From a virus (taxonomy: Duplodnaviria; Caudoviricetes): a DNA stretch of 39,745 bases. The stretch is from positions 1 to 39,745 of IMG/VR virus record IMGVR_UViG_3300020045_006736, one strand, 5' to 3'. How positions within the stretch are numbered: position 1 is the stretch's first letter; every line of letters starts with the position of its first letter. Of the stretch, positions 8,487 to 17,042 are shown piece by piece. Both the position numbers and the translations under genes were made by a program. The notes beneath the pieces are model-generated. The model saw nothing but the letters and a program-made list of their open reading frames with translations. It had not been told where the DNA came from and ran no database searches.

Positions 8487-9320
8487 ATGTTGGAAGAATC
8501 GGAACTTCGCTACGACGATTACGACATTCTTTCAGCCTATTACCGAGAATTGGAAAGGCAACCGTGGAACAAGGACGCGGAGTACGACCTGGACGCAGGC
8601 TTGCCGGAACAGCGCAGCAACGAGCAAATCGACAAGCTGGTGCTCGGAAACATGCGTTTGGTAGTGACCATAGCGAATCGATACCACGCCGACGGGATGA
8701 CCAAACTGGATTTGATTCAGGAAGGAAATCTAGGATTGATACGCGCGGCGCAGAAGTTTGACCAGAGCCTTGGCATACGCTTTTCAACGTATGCCGGGCG
8801 ATGGATTTCCAGTTTCATTGAAAAGGCGATAATCAGGACACGAAGCATTGTCCATGCGTCCGATAAGATTTTGTCGGATAAAGCCGCGGTCAGCCGGATC
8901 GCCAATCAGCTTGAACTCAAGCTGGGGCGAACTCCAACGCGAGCCGAGGTACTTGCCGGTATTCCAAAAGGAAAAGAGCATTTAATCCCCACGGTCGATG
9001 TGGAATTTTACGATGCCCCACTGGTCGTTGAGCGGGATGGGGAGGAGATGGATCTTCTTAACGATGCCCGCTGCGCCAACCAGGAAACTCCGGAAGTACA
9101 GATACTCAACGAAGAGCTTAGTAAACACCTTTGGCAAGCGGTGTCCGAACTGTCGGATAAGCATCAATGGGTTCTTTCGGAACTGCTTTGCAAGGATAAA
9201 ACCATTTTAGAAGTCAGCGAGGCTATGGGCGCTTCGAGGCACGTAGTAAACCGGGTGTTAGCGGACGCCAAGACGATCATAGCGGACAGCGGGATAGGAG
9301 AACTGTGGATCGAGTGCTGA
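8487..9320 (+). CDS. Sigma70-family (RpoD/RpoS-like) RNA polymerase sigma factor
   Basis: Region 2 motifs NMRLVVTIANRY, DLIQEGNLGLIRAAQKFD and RFSTYA; region 3 LGRTPT; C-terminal region-4-like HTH. Confidence 0.92.
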   Translation: MLEESELRYDDYDILSAYYRELERQPWNKDAEYDLDAGLPEQRSNEQIDKLVLGNMRLVVTIANRYHADGMTKLDLIQEGNLGLIRAAQKFDQSLGIRFSTYAGRWISSFIEKAIIRTRSIVHASDKILSDKAAVSRIANQLELKLGRTPTRAEVLAGIPKGKEHLIPTVDVEFYDAPLVVERDGEEMDLLNDARCANQETPEVQILNEELSKHLWQAVSELSDKHQWVLSELLCKDKTILEVSEAMGASRHVVNRVLADAKTIIADSGIGELWIEC

Positions 9321-9892
9321 AAAAAGGGACGGAAGTTCCAAACGACGGACACCTGTACAGCCTGGAGAAAGGACTGATCGATGCTAAGTACCGAAGGAAA
9401 GGTTCAAGCAGGGAGTTCATTCTATACCAGCAGCATAAAGGTTTGATAGGACTCGACCAAATCGCTGGCGAAACGCAAAGGTTTCGATACGTGGCCAGGA
9501 CGAACTCCATCGTAAAAAGTTTCGGTTTGATTAGCAGTTTTCCGATAGACCAGGAAGCTGCAATATTTCTGGCAAGGCAATCCCAGTTAGCCAAGCAGAG
9601 ACTGACGGATTTCTTGACACTCGACACTGAAACGAGGGTGATGAAGATATTGACCGATAAATGCTTCAGCCCCTTGGCGATCACGCACCCAGACGGATTT
9701 CAGATCGGTATAACCCGGCAAGATCTTGCAAAGCTGGCGTCACTCAGCCGGGAGAGAACAGGGCTCGTTATCAAAGGGCTACATAAAAAAGGGCTCGTAT
9801 ACCTGGATGGGCGAAAGCAGCATATTGTTTTGCTGTGCGACAGGGAAGAAATGGCGCTGCGAAAGTCGCCTATTCACGAGTACCTTACCTAA
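9305..9892 (+). CDS. CRP/Vfr-like transcription factor with degenerate cNMP domain
   Basis: THPDGFQIGITRQDLAKLASLSRE matches the CRP stretch THPDGMQIKITRQE...SRE. Confidence 0.85.
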   Translation: MDRVLKKGTEVPNDGHLYSLEKGLIDAKYRRKGSSREFILYQQHKGLIGLDQIAGETQRFRYVARTNSIVKSFGLISSFPIDQEAAIFLARQSQLAKQRLTDFLTLDTETRVMKILTDKCFSPLAITHPDGFQIGITRQDLAKLASLSRERTGLVIKGLHKKGLVYLDGRKQHIVLLCDREEMALRKSPIHEYLT

Positions 9893-10117
9893 GGTATTTC
9901 TGAGTATGAAATTGATCGTTATAGATTTAAGATAACGCCTTCCATGTTCAAGAATTTTGACGCTGGTTTGTTTTGCATTAAAAATGAAAAATCCGTGTCT
10001 TACTACATCTTACCAAGTAAAGAACTTTCAAGCATTCAATCACTAAATTTGAAATTCGATAAACATCAAAATTCTAAATACGCGGATTTTCTAGTAAAGG
10101 TGGACTATAAGCAATGA
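9893..10117 (+). pseudogene. Probable 5'-truncated gene remnant upstream of the methyltransferase
   Basis: 74 sense codons with no stop in AT-rich DNA, ending in an ATGA overlap with the MTase start. Confidence 0.45.
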
Positions 10118-11025
10118 GACAGGCAGGTTTTCGCTTTATTGATCTATTCGCCGGAATCGGTGGGATAAGAATCCCGTTTGATAAATTTAACGGTGAGTGC
10201 GTATTCACATCTGAAATAGATGAATTTTGCCAAAAAACCTACAAGGCTAATTTTGGTGAAATTCCTTATGGAGATATTACAAAAATCAACCCAAAAGATA
10301 TACCCGACCATGATATTCTTCTCGGTGGCTTTCCTTGTCAGGCTTTCAGCATCATTGGGCACCAAAAGGGCTTTGAAGATACGCGCGGGACTTTATTTTT
10401 CAACATAGAAGAGATTTTAAGGGAAAAAAGACCTCGCGCTTTTCTTCTCGAAAACGTCAAACAACTTTATACGCATGACGGCGGGAAAACTTTTGCTACC
10501 ATACAAAAAAAACTGCGCGGCTTAGGGTACGATGTCCACGCCAAAATACTAAATTCTCTGGATTTCGGTATCCCGCAAAAAAGAGAAAGAACGTATATAG
10601 TTGGTTTTTTAGACAAGGTGAATTTCGATTTTCCGATTGGCGGTAAGCCGTATAATCTTTTAGATGTCCTTGAAGATGAGCGCGATGTATCTAAAACATA
10701 TCAAGCATCTGACTACATTGTTCGTAAAAGAAAAGATGCTGTTAAGGGTGAGCCACCCATGCCAAGCATCTGGCATGAAAATAAAAGCGGCAATATATCA
10801 GCACTTCCGTATTCTTGCGCGTTGCGGGCTTCCGCGTCTTATAATTACCTGTTAGTCAATGGTCGGCGCCGACCTACAGAACGAGAAATGCTGCGTTTAC
10901 AGGGCTTTCCTGATACTTTTAAGGTTGTAGTAAATTATTCTCAGACAAGAAAACAGGTTGGAAACTCGGTAAGCGTCCCCGTCGTCGAAAGCGTTGCTAA
11001 AAATTTGTTAGAGGCTGCTGGCTAA
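10114..11025 (+). CDS. DNA (cytosine-5)-methyltransferase, orphan
   Basis: Motif I FAGIGG, IV GFPCQ, VI ENV, VIII QKRER, IX RLQGFP, X GNSV; lower GC than neighbours. Confidence 0.96.
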   Translation: MRQAGFRFIDLFAGIGGIRIPFDKFNGECVFTSEIDEFCQKTYKANFGEIPYGDITKINPKDIPDHDILLGGFPCQAFSIIGHQKGFEDTRGTLFFNIEEILREKRPRAFLLENVKQLYTHDGGKTFATIQKKLRGLGYDVHAKILNSLDFGIPQKRERTYIVGFLDKVNFDFPIGGKPYNLLDVLEDERDVSKTYQASDYIVRKRKDAVKGEPPMPSIWHENKSGNISALPYSCALRASASYNYLLVNGRRRPTEREMLRLQGFPDTFKVVVNYSQTRKQVGNSVSVPVVESVAKNLLEAAG

Positions 11026-11041
11026 AATATTCAAAGTGCTA

Positions 11042-11070
11042 TTTACAAAATATCCCAACGGGCGTAAGCT
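11042..11070 (+). promoter_or_regulatory. Sigma70-like promoter
   Basis: TTTACA-17 bp-TAAGCT upstream of 11105. Confidence 0.45.
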
Positions 11071-11104
11071 AAAAACATTTGATAATTTTTCCGGAGCCTG
11101 ATCG

Positions 11105-11398
11105 ATGTTTGCGAAATTAAAACTGATGTACCAAGTGCTAGAGCAGGGTAAAAACCTGGCAGACCCGGCCAAATGGAAAAATGCGCAGGTATTGGCCAAT
11201 GGGCTGATGGTGATCATGGCTACGGTAGGATCGATGCTTCCGGAAGCGTATCGATTCGAGGATACCACCATGCAAAATCTGGCGTTCCTGTTGGGCGGCG
11301 TCGGGTCTTTGGCGAACACCTATCTGACCGTCGCAACGACGAATAAGATTGGCCTAAAGCCCAAGGGGGAAGGAAACGATGAATGCTCAGACTTATAG
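11105..11398 (+). CDS. Putative holin
   Basis: 97 aa with two hydrophobic segments and a charged C-terminus; G...A.P..WK..Q and T.AT..KIGL pattern of phage holin-like proteins. Confidence 0.5.
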   Translation: MFAKLKLMYQVLEQGKNLADPAKWKNAQVLANGLMVIMATVGSMLPEAYRFEDTTMQNLAFLLGGVGSLANTYLTVATTNKIGLKPKGEGNDECSDL

Positions 11399-11550
11399 CC
11401 TGGTGGTCGTTCAGGGCGATGACGTTGTTCGTAAGCAACATCATTTCCGGACTGTTTGAACCGAGAACTCTAGATAGCATGTACGACGTGGTTATGTACT
11501 CTATCCTGGTGTTCTCATTAGTTATCATTTTCACAACGAGGGTGTCATGA
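11383..11550 (+). CDS. Small membrane protein (55 aa)
   Basis: MLRLIAWWSF...VFSLVIIFTTRVS; its stop overlaps the ATG at 11547. Confidence 0.5.
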   Translation: MLRLIAWWSFRAMTLFVSNIISGLFEPRTLDSMYDVVMYSILVFSLVIIFTTRVS

Positions 11551-11810
11551 ATTTAAAGATAGGCGTTAACAAAGATGTAAAAGACAGGATACTGTTCGGC
11601 GGGGTTCTGTTAGCACTTATGGTGCTTTTAGTCGGTAACGACGCAGCAGCCGAGTATGACTACGACAAGAAGGTATACGAGGATTGCAGAAGCACGGCGA
11701 AAGCGATCATCAAGGACAAGGGCAGACTGGATACGTTCGTGCAGTGGACGGCGTATTCAAAATGGACTCACGCCGAGCAATGCTCCCAGTTTCTGGCGAG
11801 GAAGTATTGA
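11547..11810 (+). CDS. Small secreted/membrane-anchored protein
   Basis: N-terminal hydrophobic stretch ending AAA and two Cys. Confidence 0.6.
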   Translation: MNLKIGVNKDVKDRILFGGVLLALMVLLVGNDAAAEYDYDKKVYEDCRSTAKAIIKDKGRLDTFVQWTAYSKWTHAEQCSQFLARKY

Positions 11811-11938
11811 TGTACGAGTTTTTCATTCGACACGCATCGCCGGCTAAACTGATTTTTTTGTTTTTGATCACCTGGGCGGCAGTAATCTGGTTAAGAACAA
11901 ACTTGCAAGGGGTTGTGAAGGGCGGCAGAAAAGACTGA
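11810..11938 (+). CDS. Small membrane protein (42 aa)
   Basis: TGATG coupling; one hydrophobic helix and a basic tail. Confidence 0.5.
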   Translation: MYEFFIRHASPAKLIFLFLITWAAVIWLRTNLQGVVKGGRKD

Positions 11939-11948
11939 GGAGTTCGCT

Positions 11949-12824
11949 ATGAAGCAATATCTAAGCCTGATGGGCGACGTTCTCCAGAATGGGGTGGAAA
12001 AAACCGACAGGACCGGAACCGGAACCATTTCGGTGTTTGGAAGGCAGCTAACCTTCAATCTACAGGAAGGCTTTCCGCTGCTTACCACCAAAAAAATGTT
12101 CTACAAAGGCGCTTTTGTAGAAACGCTTTGGTACTTGCGCGGCGACGCCAGCCTTGATTACCTGCACGAGAACGGGGTGCATTATTGGGACAAGTGGGCC
12201 ACCAAGGACGGGAGTTTAGGACCGGTGTACCCAGAGCAGTTCAGGCATTGGGAGATCGATCGAGAGTGGACGGTTGCCGTGGACAGGGGCAGGTGCACAG
12301 TGAAACCCATCGAAGTGGATCAGCTTCAGACACTCATCGATGGGTTGAGGAACCGGCCGGACAGTCGAAGGCATCTGGTTTCCGCATGGAACGTCGCGAA
12401 GCTGCCAGACGAAACGATGTCCCCGCAAGAGAACGTACTCGAAGATCGCATGGCCCTGGCGCCATGCCATGCGTTTTTTCAGTGCTACGTAGCGAACGGG
12501 GAGCTGTCCCTGCAAGTCTATCAGCGATCCGCAGATGTCTTTATCGGCTTGCCGGTCAACATCGCGAGCTACGCCTTGCTTACCCATTTACTCGCACACC
12601 AATGCGACCTTTTACCGGGAAAGCTTATCTGGGTAGGCGGAGACGTACATCTCTATTCGGACCACATTGAGCAAGCGGAACTGCAACGAACACGGATGCC
12701 AAAGGATCTTCCAAAGCTCAAGATAAAGCGTAAGCCCCCATCGCTGTTTGAGTACGAGTACGAGGATTTTGAGTTAGAAGGGTACGATTCCTGGCCGCAC
12801 ATCGCGGCGCCAGTGGCTGTTTGA
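11949..12824 (+). CDS. thyA: Thymidylate synthase
   Basis: [18 protein letters not shown], catalytic PCH, QRSAD..IG.P.NIASY and GD.HLY motifs. Confidence 0.97.
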   Translation: MKQYLSLMGDVLQNGVEKTDRTGTGTISVFGRQLTFNLQEGFPLLTTKKMFYKGAFVETLWYLRGDASLDYLHENGVHYWDKWATKDGSLGPVYPEQFRHWEIDREWTVAVDRGRCTVKPIEVDQLQTLIDGLRNRPDSRRHLVSAWNVAKLPDETMSPQENVLEDRMALAPCHAFFQCYVANGELSLQVYQRSADVFIGLPVNIASYALLTHLLAHQCDLLPGKLIWVGGDVHLYSDHIEQAELQRTRMPKDLPKLKIKRKPPSLFEYEYEDFELEGYDSWPHIAAPVAV

Positions 12825-12834
12825 CGAGGAAAAC

Positions 12835-13098
12835 ATGGCAAAACTTTTGGATTTAAAAGACGTGGTTAAAGACGATCGAGCCCCGGCGAGGCTCAATCAA
12901 GGCGTCGTTGACATGCTGTCGGAGGCGTTACAAGCGGCGATGAGCGGGGACCTGATAAGCGTCGAGATTTCTGGCGTGATGGTCGATGGCAGTGTTTGCA
13001 CAGCTTGGGAAACCTCATCGATGACCAGCGCCTGCACTTTGCTAGGCGTCATGGAGAAGAACAAGCAGGACGTGTTGAAGACGATGGAAGACTGGTAG
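12835..13098 (+). CDS. Hypothetical protein
   Basis: 87 aa; GAGGA SD. Confidence 0.65.
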   Translation: MAKLLDLKDVVKDDRAPARLNQGVVDMLSEALQAAMSGDLISVEISGVMVDGSVCTAWETSSMTSACTLLGVMEKNKQDVLKTMEDW

Positions 13099-13099
13099 T

Positions 13100-13273
13100 A
13101 TGGGCGTAGAATACTCGGAAAAGCCAAAGTCTTGGTCTACCGGAGTATTCTCTGAATTTATATGTCCCATCTGCAAAAGAAGTAAAGGCTTCGGCAGTAA
13201 CCACACGCGGTGCTATGAGATCATGAAACAACGGCAAATTACTAAACATTCGAGGGTTTCGCCATGCCAATAA
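13100..13273 (+). CDS. Small Cys/His protein (57 aa), possible zinc finger
   Basis: CPIC...H..C; fills the gap between 13098 and 13264. Below the ORF-track cutoff. Confidence 0.5.
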   Translation: MGVEYSEKPKSWSTGVFSEFICPICKRSKGFGSNHTRCYEIMKQRQITKHSRVSPCQ

Positions 13274-13755
13274 GCTACCTTTACGCAGCGATTTTCCTGG
13301 CGGGACTTGTCATTGGCGCCGGAACGGCGTATAAAATAGAACACGCGAACACCATCGCCATGCGCTTACAAGTGTCTGAAGCAAATAACAAAGTGCTTGC
13401 GGCGCAACGAGACGCGCAGGCTTTGGTGCAAACCGCTATGGATCAAGCCCGACAGAAAAACGAGGAGCTGGATAATGCAAACAGAAAAGCCATTGAAACC
13501 ATCAACCACTATTACGATGCTAACTCTAAGCTTATTGCTGACCGGGTGCGGGCCGCGAGTTCAAGCAATTGTAAGAACCCCGTGCCAACCGGTAATAGTC
13601 CCGTCGGCACTAAAGCTGAAGCCGCTAGACCTGGACTTCCAGAAGGATTTGGTGAATACCTTGCAGATCGAAGCCGACAGGCCACAGAATTAGCGCAATA
13701 CGCTAAAATGTGTTATCAATTTGTGGTTGAGAACAACTGTGGAATAATCAAGTGA
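13264..13755 (+). CDS. Rz-like inner-membrane spanin
   Basis: N-terminal TM helix, coiled coil and C-terminal Cys; contains an embedded lipoprotein gene. Confidence 0.75.
   Translation: MPISYLYAAIFLAGLVIGAGTAYKIEHANTIAMRLQVSEANNKVLAAQRDAQALVQTAMDQARQKNEELDNANRKAIETINHYYDANSKLIADRVRAASSSNCKNPVPTGNSPVGTKAEAARPGLPEGFGEYLADRSRQATELAQYAKMCYQFVVENNCGIIK
13475..13693 (+). CDS. Rz1-like outer-membrane lipoprotein spanin, embedded in +1 frame
   Basis: GAGGAG SD at 13462-13467, ATG 13475, lipobox LLTGC and Pro-rich mature part. Confidence 0.75.
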   Translation: MQTEKPLKPSTTITMLTLSLLLTGCGPRVQAIVRTPCQPVIVPSALKLKPLDLDFQKDLVNTLQIEADRPQN

Positions 13756-13761
13756 GGAGTT

Positions 13762-14379
13762 ATGCCGGGAAGACCATCAAGAAAACGCACGAAAGCTAGG
13801 TACGGAGAGGAGACATTCGAGAACCACCGCTTTCAGGTACTTCAGCAAAAACCACTGTTTCAGGATCTGTCGGACCCGCTAAAGCCCAAACGTGGGATTG
13901 GCGTAGGGCAAGGCAACTTGCCGAAGTTTCAGACCCCGGAAGCGATGGAGTTCGCGATTGATTTGTACTTCAAGGAAAAGTTTGAGAATAACGAGCCACC
14001 AACGATACCGGGAATGGCACTGGCTTTGGGGTTTAAAAGCCGGCATTCTTTGATCAGCTATAAAAACAAAAGCGAAGCTTTCTCGGACATAATCGAAACC
14101 GCGTTCACCAAGATCGAGGAATATAAGAACACCCTGTTGTTGTCGGTCGAAAGGGCGCCGCAGGGCGTCATGTTCGACCTAACCAACAACCACGGCTGGG
14201 TGGGCAAGAGCGAAGTTCGCAATGTCCACGAAGCCGGAGACACGTTGTCTGTTCTGTTCGCCAGCTTGCAAGGCTCGGTGCTAAGACCCATTATCGAACA
14301 CGAAAGCGCGGTAGAAGCGCAGTTTGAACCGGTATCGATGGCAGCGCCAGAGAAAGACCCCTGGGAGGGCTTAGTGTGA
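13762..14379 (+). CDS. terS: Terminase small subunit (DNA-packaging gp3-like)
   Basis: P.F.TPE.M..AID.YF ... PTI.G.AL.LGF..R..L..Y pattern; upstream of TerL. Confidence 0.75.
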   Translation: MPGRPSRKRTKARYGEETFENHRFQVLQQKPLFQDLSDPLKPKRGIGVGQGNLPKFQTPEAMEFAIDLYFKEKFENNEPPTIPGMALALGFKSRHSLISYKNKSEAFSDIIETAFTKIEEYKNTLLLSVERAPQGVMFDLTNNHGWVGKSEVRNVHEAGDTLSVLFASLQGSVLRPIIEHESAVEAQFEPVSMAAPEKDPWEGLV

Positions 14380-14816
14380 TTGAAACCCCATTAGAGCTTA
14401 TGGTTAAGCTGTGCAAAGAATTTGAAGGCTGTGAACTTGAAGCCTATCGGGATCCGGTAGGCATTTGGACGATAGGCTATGGGCATACCGGGCCAGACGT
14501 GTTTGAGCACTTGATGTGGTCCCAAGAGCACGCCGATGAAGTGCTGGCGAAAGATTGTCAGCACCACATGCAGGGGGCATTGTACTTTAGTCCTGGGCTT
14601 CGTCAGGAGTCCCCGTACAAGCAAGCCGCCATAGCAGACTTCGTGTTCAATCTTGGCGCTACGGCATACTCAAGATCGACCTTGAAAAAGCGGGTTGACG
14701 ATAAGAATTGGGCTTCGGCAATCAAGGAGATAAAGCGCTGGAACAAGGCCGGAGGTAAGGTTCTTAAAGGTTTGACCAGACGCCGGCAAAGAGAAGCCGA
14801 GTACCTAGCGAGATAA
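14376..14816 (+). CDS. Endolysin, GH24 phage lysozyme
   Basis: FEG..L.AY.D.VG.WTIGYGHT (E-x8-D-x5-T triad); FNLG; W..AGG..L.GL..RR..E. Confidence 0.95.
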   Translation: MIETPLELMVKLCKEFEGCELEAYRDPVGIWTIGYGHTGPDVFEHLMWSQEHADEVLAKDCQHHMQGALYFSPGLRQESPYKQAAIADFVFNLGATAYSRSTLKKRVDDKNWASAIKEIKRWNKAGGKVLKGLTRRRQREAEYLAR

Positions 14817-14842
14817 TCGATAGAAAAACAGTAAAGGATAAC

Positions 14843-16456
14843 ATGGGCGAAGTATTATCCCCGAAAGAGGAAAAGAAAAAATTAGCGGGGATCGATTTTT
14901 CCAAGTATGAGTTTACCAAGGAAGACTTGGTAAAAGGCCTTGGCGATCCGGTATGGCGGTTGAATAACCTGTACAAGATTGTCGATAAGAAAACCAAGGT
15001 TGTCACGTTCCGGCTAAACGCCGCGCAAACCAAGCTACTAAAGAACCTTCATAACCGGAACGTCATCCTGAAAGCCCGTCAGATGGGGTTCAGTACGTTC
15101 ATCCAGTTGCTGATTCTCGACACGGCGATGTTCTCCCCAAATCAGAGCGGGATCATCATTGCGCAGGACCGGGAGACCAGTGAGGCGATCTTCCGGGACA
15201 AACTGAAGTTCGCATACGATTCCCTCCCAGAACCTTTCCGAATTTCCGCGCCGACCGACGGCGAGCCTTCAAAAACAGCGATCGCGTTTACCAACGGCTC
15301 GATCATTGAGGTACGGACTTCGGCACGGGGGCGAACTCCTACCATTCTGCACGTGTCTGAGTTCGGTAAGATCGCCGCGAAAGACCAGGCCAAAGCCCGA
15401 GAAATTGTTACTGGGGCGATGACCGCGGTAGCTGAGAACGGCTTAATCTTCGTTGAATCCACCGCGGAGCAAGGGGAGGAAGGCGAGTTTTACAAGATGG
15501 TTCGCACCGCGATCCGACTGATGGAAGCCGGTCGGAAGCTCTGGAAACTGGAGTTTAAATTCCATTTCTTCGCCTGGTGGGAAGACCCCAGCTATATTGC
15601 GCCGGTAGGCTCGGCGGTTATATCGCCGAAAGACGAAGATTACTTCTCTGAGGTAGAGGCCCGCTGCGGGATCATCCTGTCGCCAGAGAAAAGAACTTGG
15701 TACGTGTTGTACCGGGATAATATGTATTCCGGCGATCAGCAGATGATGTACCAGGAAATGCCGTCGTACTGGGAGGAGGCTTTCAAAGTCTCACTGGAAG
15801 GCGCGTATTTCACTGAGCAGTTTAGGCGGCTGCGCAAAGAGGATCGAATTACCGACGTGCCCTACGACCCACAGTACCCGGTCAGCACGTTCTGGGACTT
15901 GGGCGCGGACGATTACACGGCCATTTGGTTTATCCAGGCGCGGCCAGGGTACTTCGCCGTGATTAATTACTTCGAGGAAAACGGAGAACCATTCAGCTTC
16001 TTTGTGGAATTGATGGATACCCTGGGATATGTTTACGACTACCATTACCTTCCGCACGATTCCAGGGCCGTTAAGCAAGGCAAGTTGCGCAATGAATCCC
16101 CGGAAGAAATGCTTCAGGAACTGGCGCCACACTGGCGGTTTTGGGTAATTGATCGGATTCCAGACAAAATGATGGCCATTGCGCAGGCTAGAAATTTGCT
16201 GCCGCTTTGCATTTTTGATCAGTCGAAATGTAAAATAGGGCTTAGACATTTGGAAAATTATCGAAAAGCCTGGAATGAACGTTCAGGAACCTGGAAATCG
16301 ACGCCGAAAGATGGTATAGAAACTCACGGATCGGATGCGTTCTTGCAAGCCGCGCAAGCGAAAGCCGCGGGGATTTTTGGCACCGTAGGCGGCAACGGCA
16401 TCGATACCGACCTCGCTTTGGGCGGGGCTATTTACGAACCGAACTACAACTATTAA
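14843..16456 (+). CDS. terL: Terminase large subunit
   Basis: Walker A LKARQMGFST, Walker B LHVSE, coupling motif EST, nuclease WDLG..D and HGSDAF. Confidence 0.93.
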   Translation: MGEVLSPKEEKKKLAGIDFSKYEFTKEDLVKGLGDPVWRLNNLYKIVDKKTKVVTFRLNAAQTKLLKNLHNRNVILKARQMGFSTFIQLLILDTAMFSPNQSGIIIAQDRETSEAIFRDKLKFAYDSLPEPFRISAPTDGEPSKTAIAFTNGSIIEVRTSARGRTPTILHVSEFGKIAAKDQAKAREIVTGAMTAVAENGLIFVESTAEQGEEGEFYKMVRTAIRLMEAGRKLWKLEFKFHFFAWWEDPSYIAPVGSAVISPKDEDYFSEVEARCGIILSPEKRTWYVLYRDNMYSGDQQMMYQEMPSYWEEAFKVSLEGAYFTEQFRRLRKEDRITDVPYDPQYPVSTFWDLGADDYTAIWFIQARPGYFAVINYFEENGEPFSFFVELMDTLGYVYDYHYLPHDSRAVKQGKLRNESPEEMLQELAPHWRFWVIDRIPDKMMAIAQARNLLPLCIFDQSKCKIGLRHLENYRKAWNERSGTWKSTPKDGIETHGSDAFLQAAQAKAAGIFGTVGGNGIDTDLALGGAIYEPNYNY

Positions 16457-16468
16457 TCGGAGGATGAC

Positions 16469-16699
16469 ATGGTGAAAACACCGCAGTTAATTATCGCAGA
16501 CGATCTGACTAAGATCGATTGGCCATTGCATTATTTTTCATCCGTTACCGAAGACGGATGCAGCTACATTCGGGATGACATCGAACCCGTTTTGGCCAGA
16601 CCGCCGTACTCAGCGACTTGCGTTTGCGGGCGGCTGATCCTGGCGTGGCGGGTGTTCACGGGGCAGTACGATGCGCTGAAGTGGCGAGGTGGTCAGTAA
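16469..16699 (+). CDS. Hypothetical protein
   Basis: GGAGG SD; 76 aa. Confidence 0.6.
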   Translation: MVKTPQLIIADDLTKIDWPLHYFSSVTEDGCSYIRDDIEPVLARPPYSATCVCGRLILAWRVFTGQYDALKWRGGQ

Positions 16700-16772
16700 C
16701 AAGGATGTTGGAGTTTATACCAAAGACGTGGTATAAGCCCGGATAAATTGGTATAAATTCTAGGAGATACTT

Positions 16773-17042
16773 ATGGCGCTGACAGCACCGAAAGGGACGG
16801 TAATTACCCAAACGGTAATCGATTACCAGTCGCTGGTAGATCGTTTAAAAGATCGGCAACTGGATCAGTACCCGGTCTACGAGTTCGGCGGGGGGCGAAA
16901 GCTATTCATGAATACGGATCAGGGCGACGGAGTTTACGATAGCCCTACCACGATAGTAGATGGCAAGATCGTTCATTTACCGAACCCGGATTTGGATTCG
17001 ACCATAGCGCCGTTACCCGCTTCCAGGACGATAGGGCTATGA
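16773..17042 (+). CDS. Hypothetical protein
   Basis: AGGAG SD; 89 aa. Confidence 0.6.
   Translation: MALTAPKGTVITQTVIDYQSLVDRLKDRQLDQYPVYEFGGGRKLFMNTDQGDGVYDSPTTIVDGKIVHLPNPDLDSTIAPLPASRTIGL

Noticed and set aside
10114-11025. Complete restriction-modification system or a specific recognition site
   Set aside because: No intact endonuclease is adjacent, and specificity cannot be read without a database comparison.
11949-12824. thyA as a base-modifying dCMP hydroxymethylase, or as an intron host
   Set aside because: It retains the dUMP-specifying Asn (PVNIASY), the frame is continuous, and no modification cluster is adjacent.
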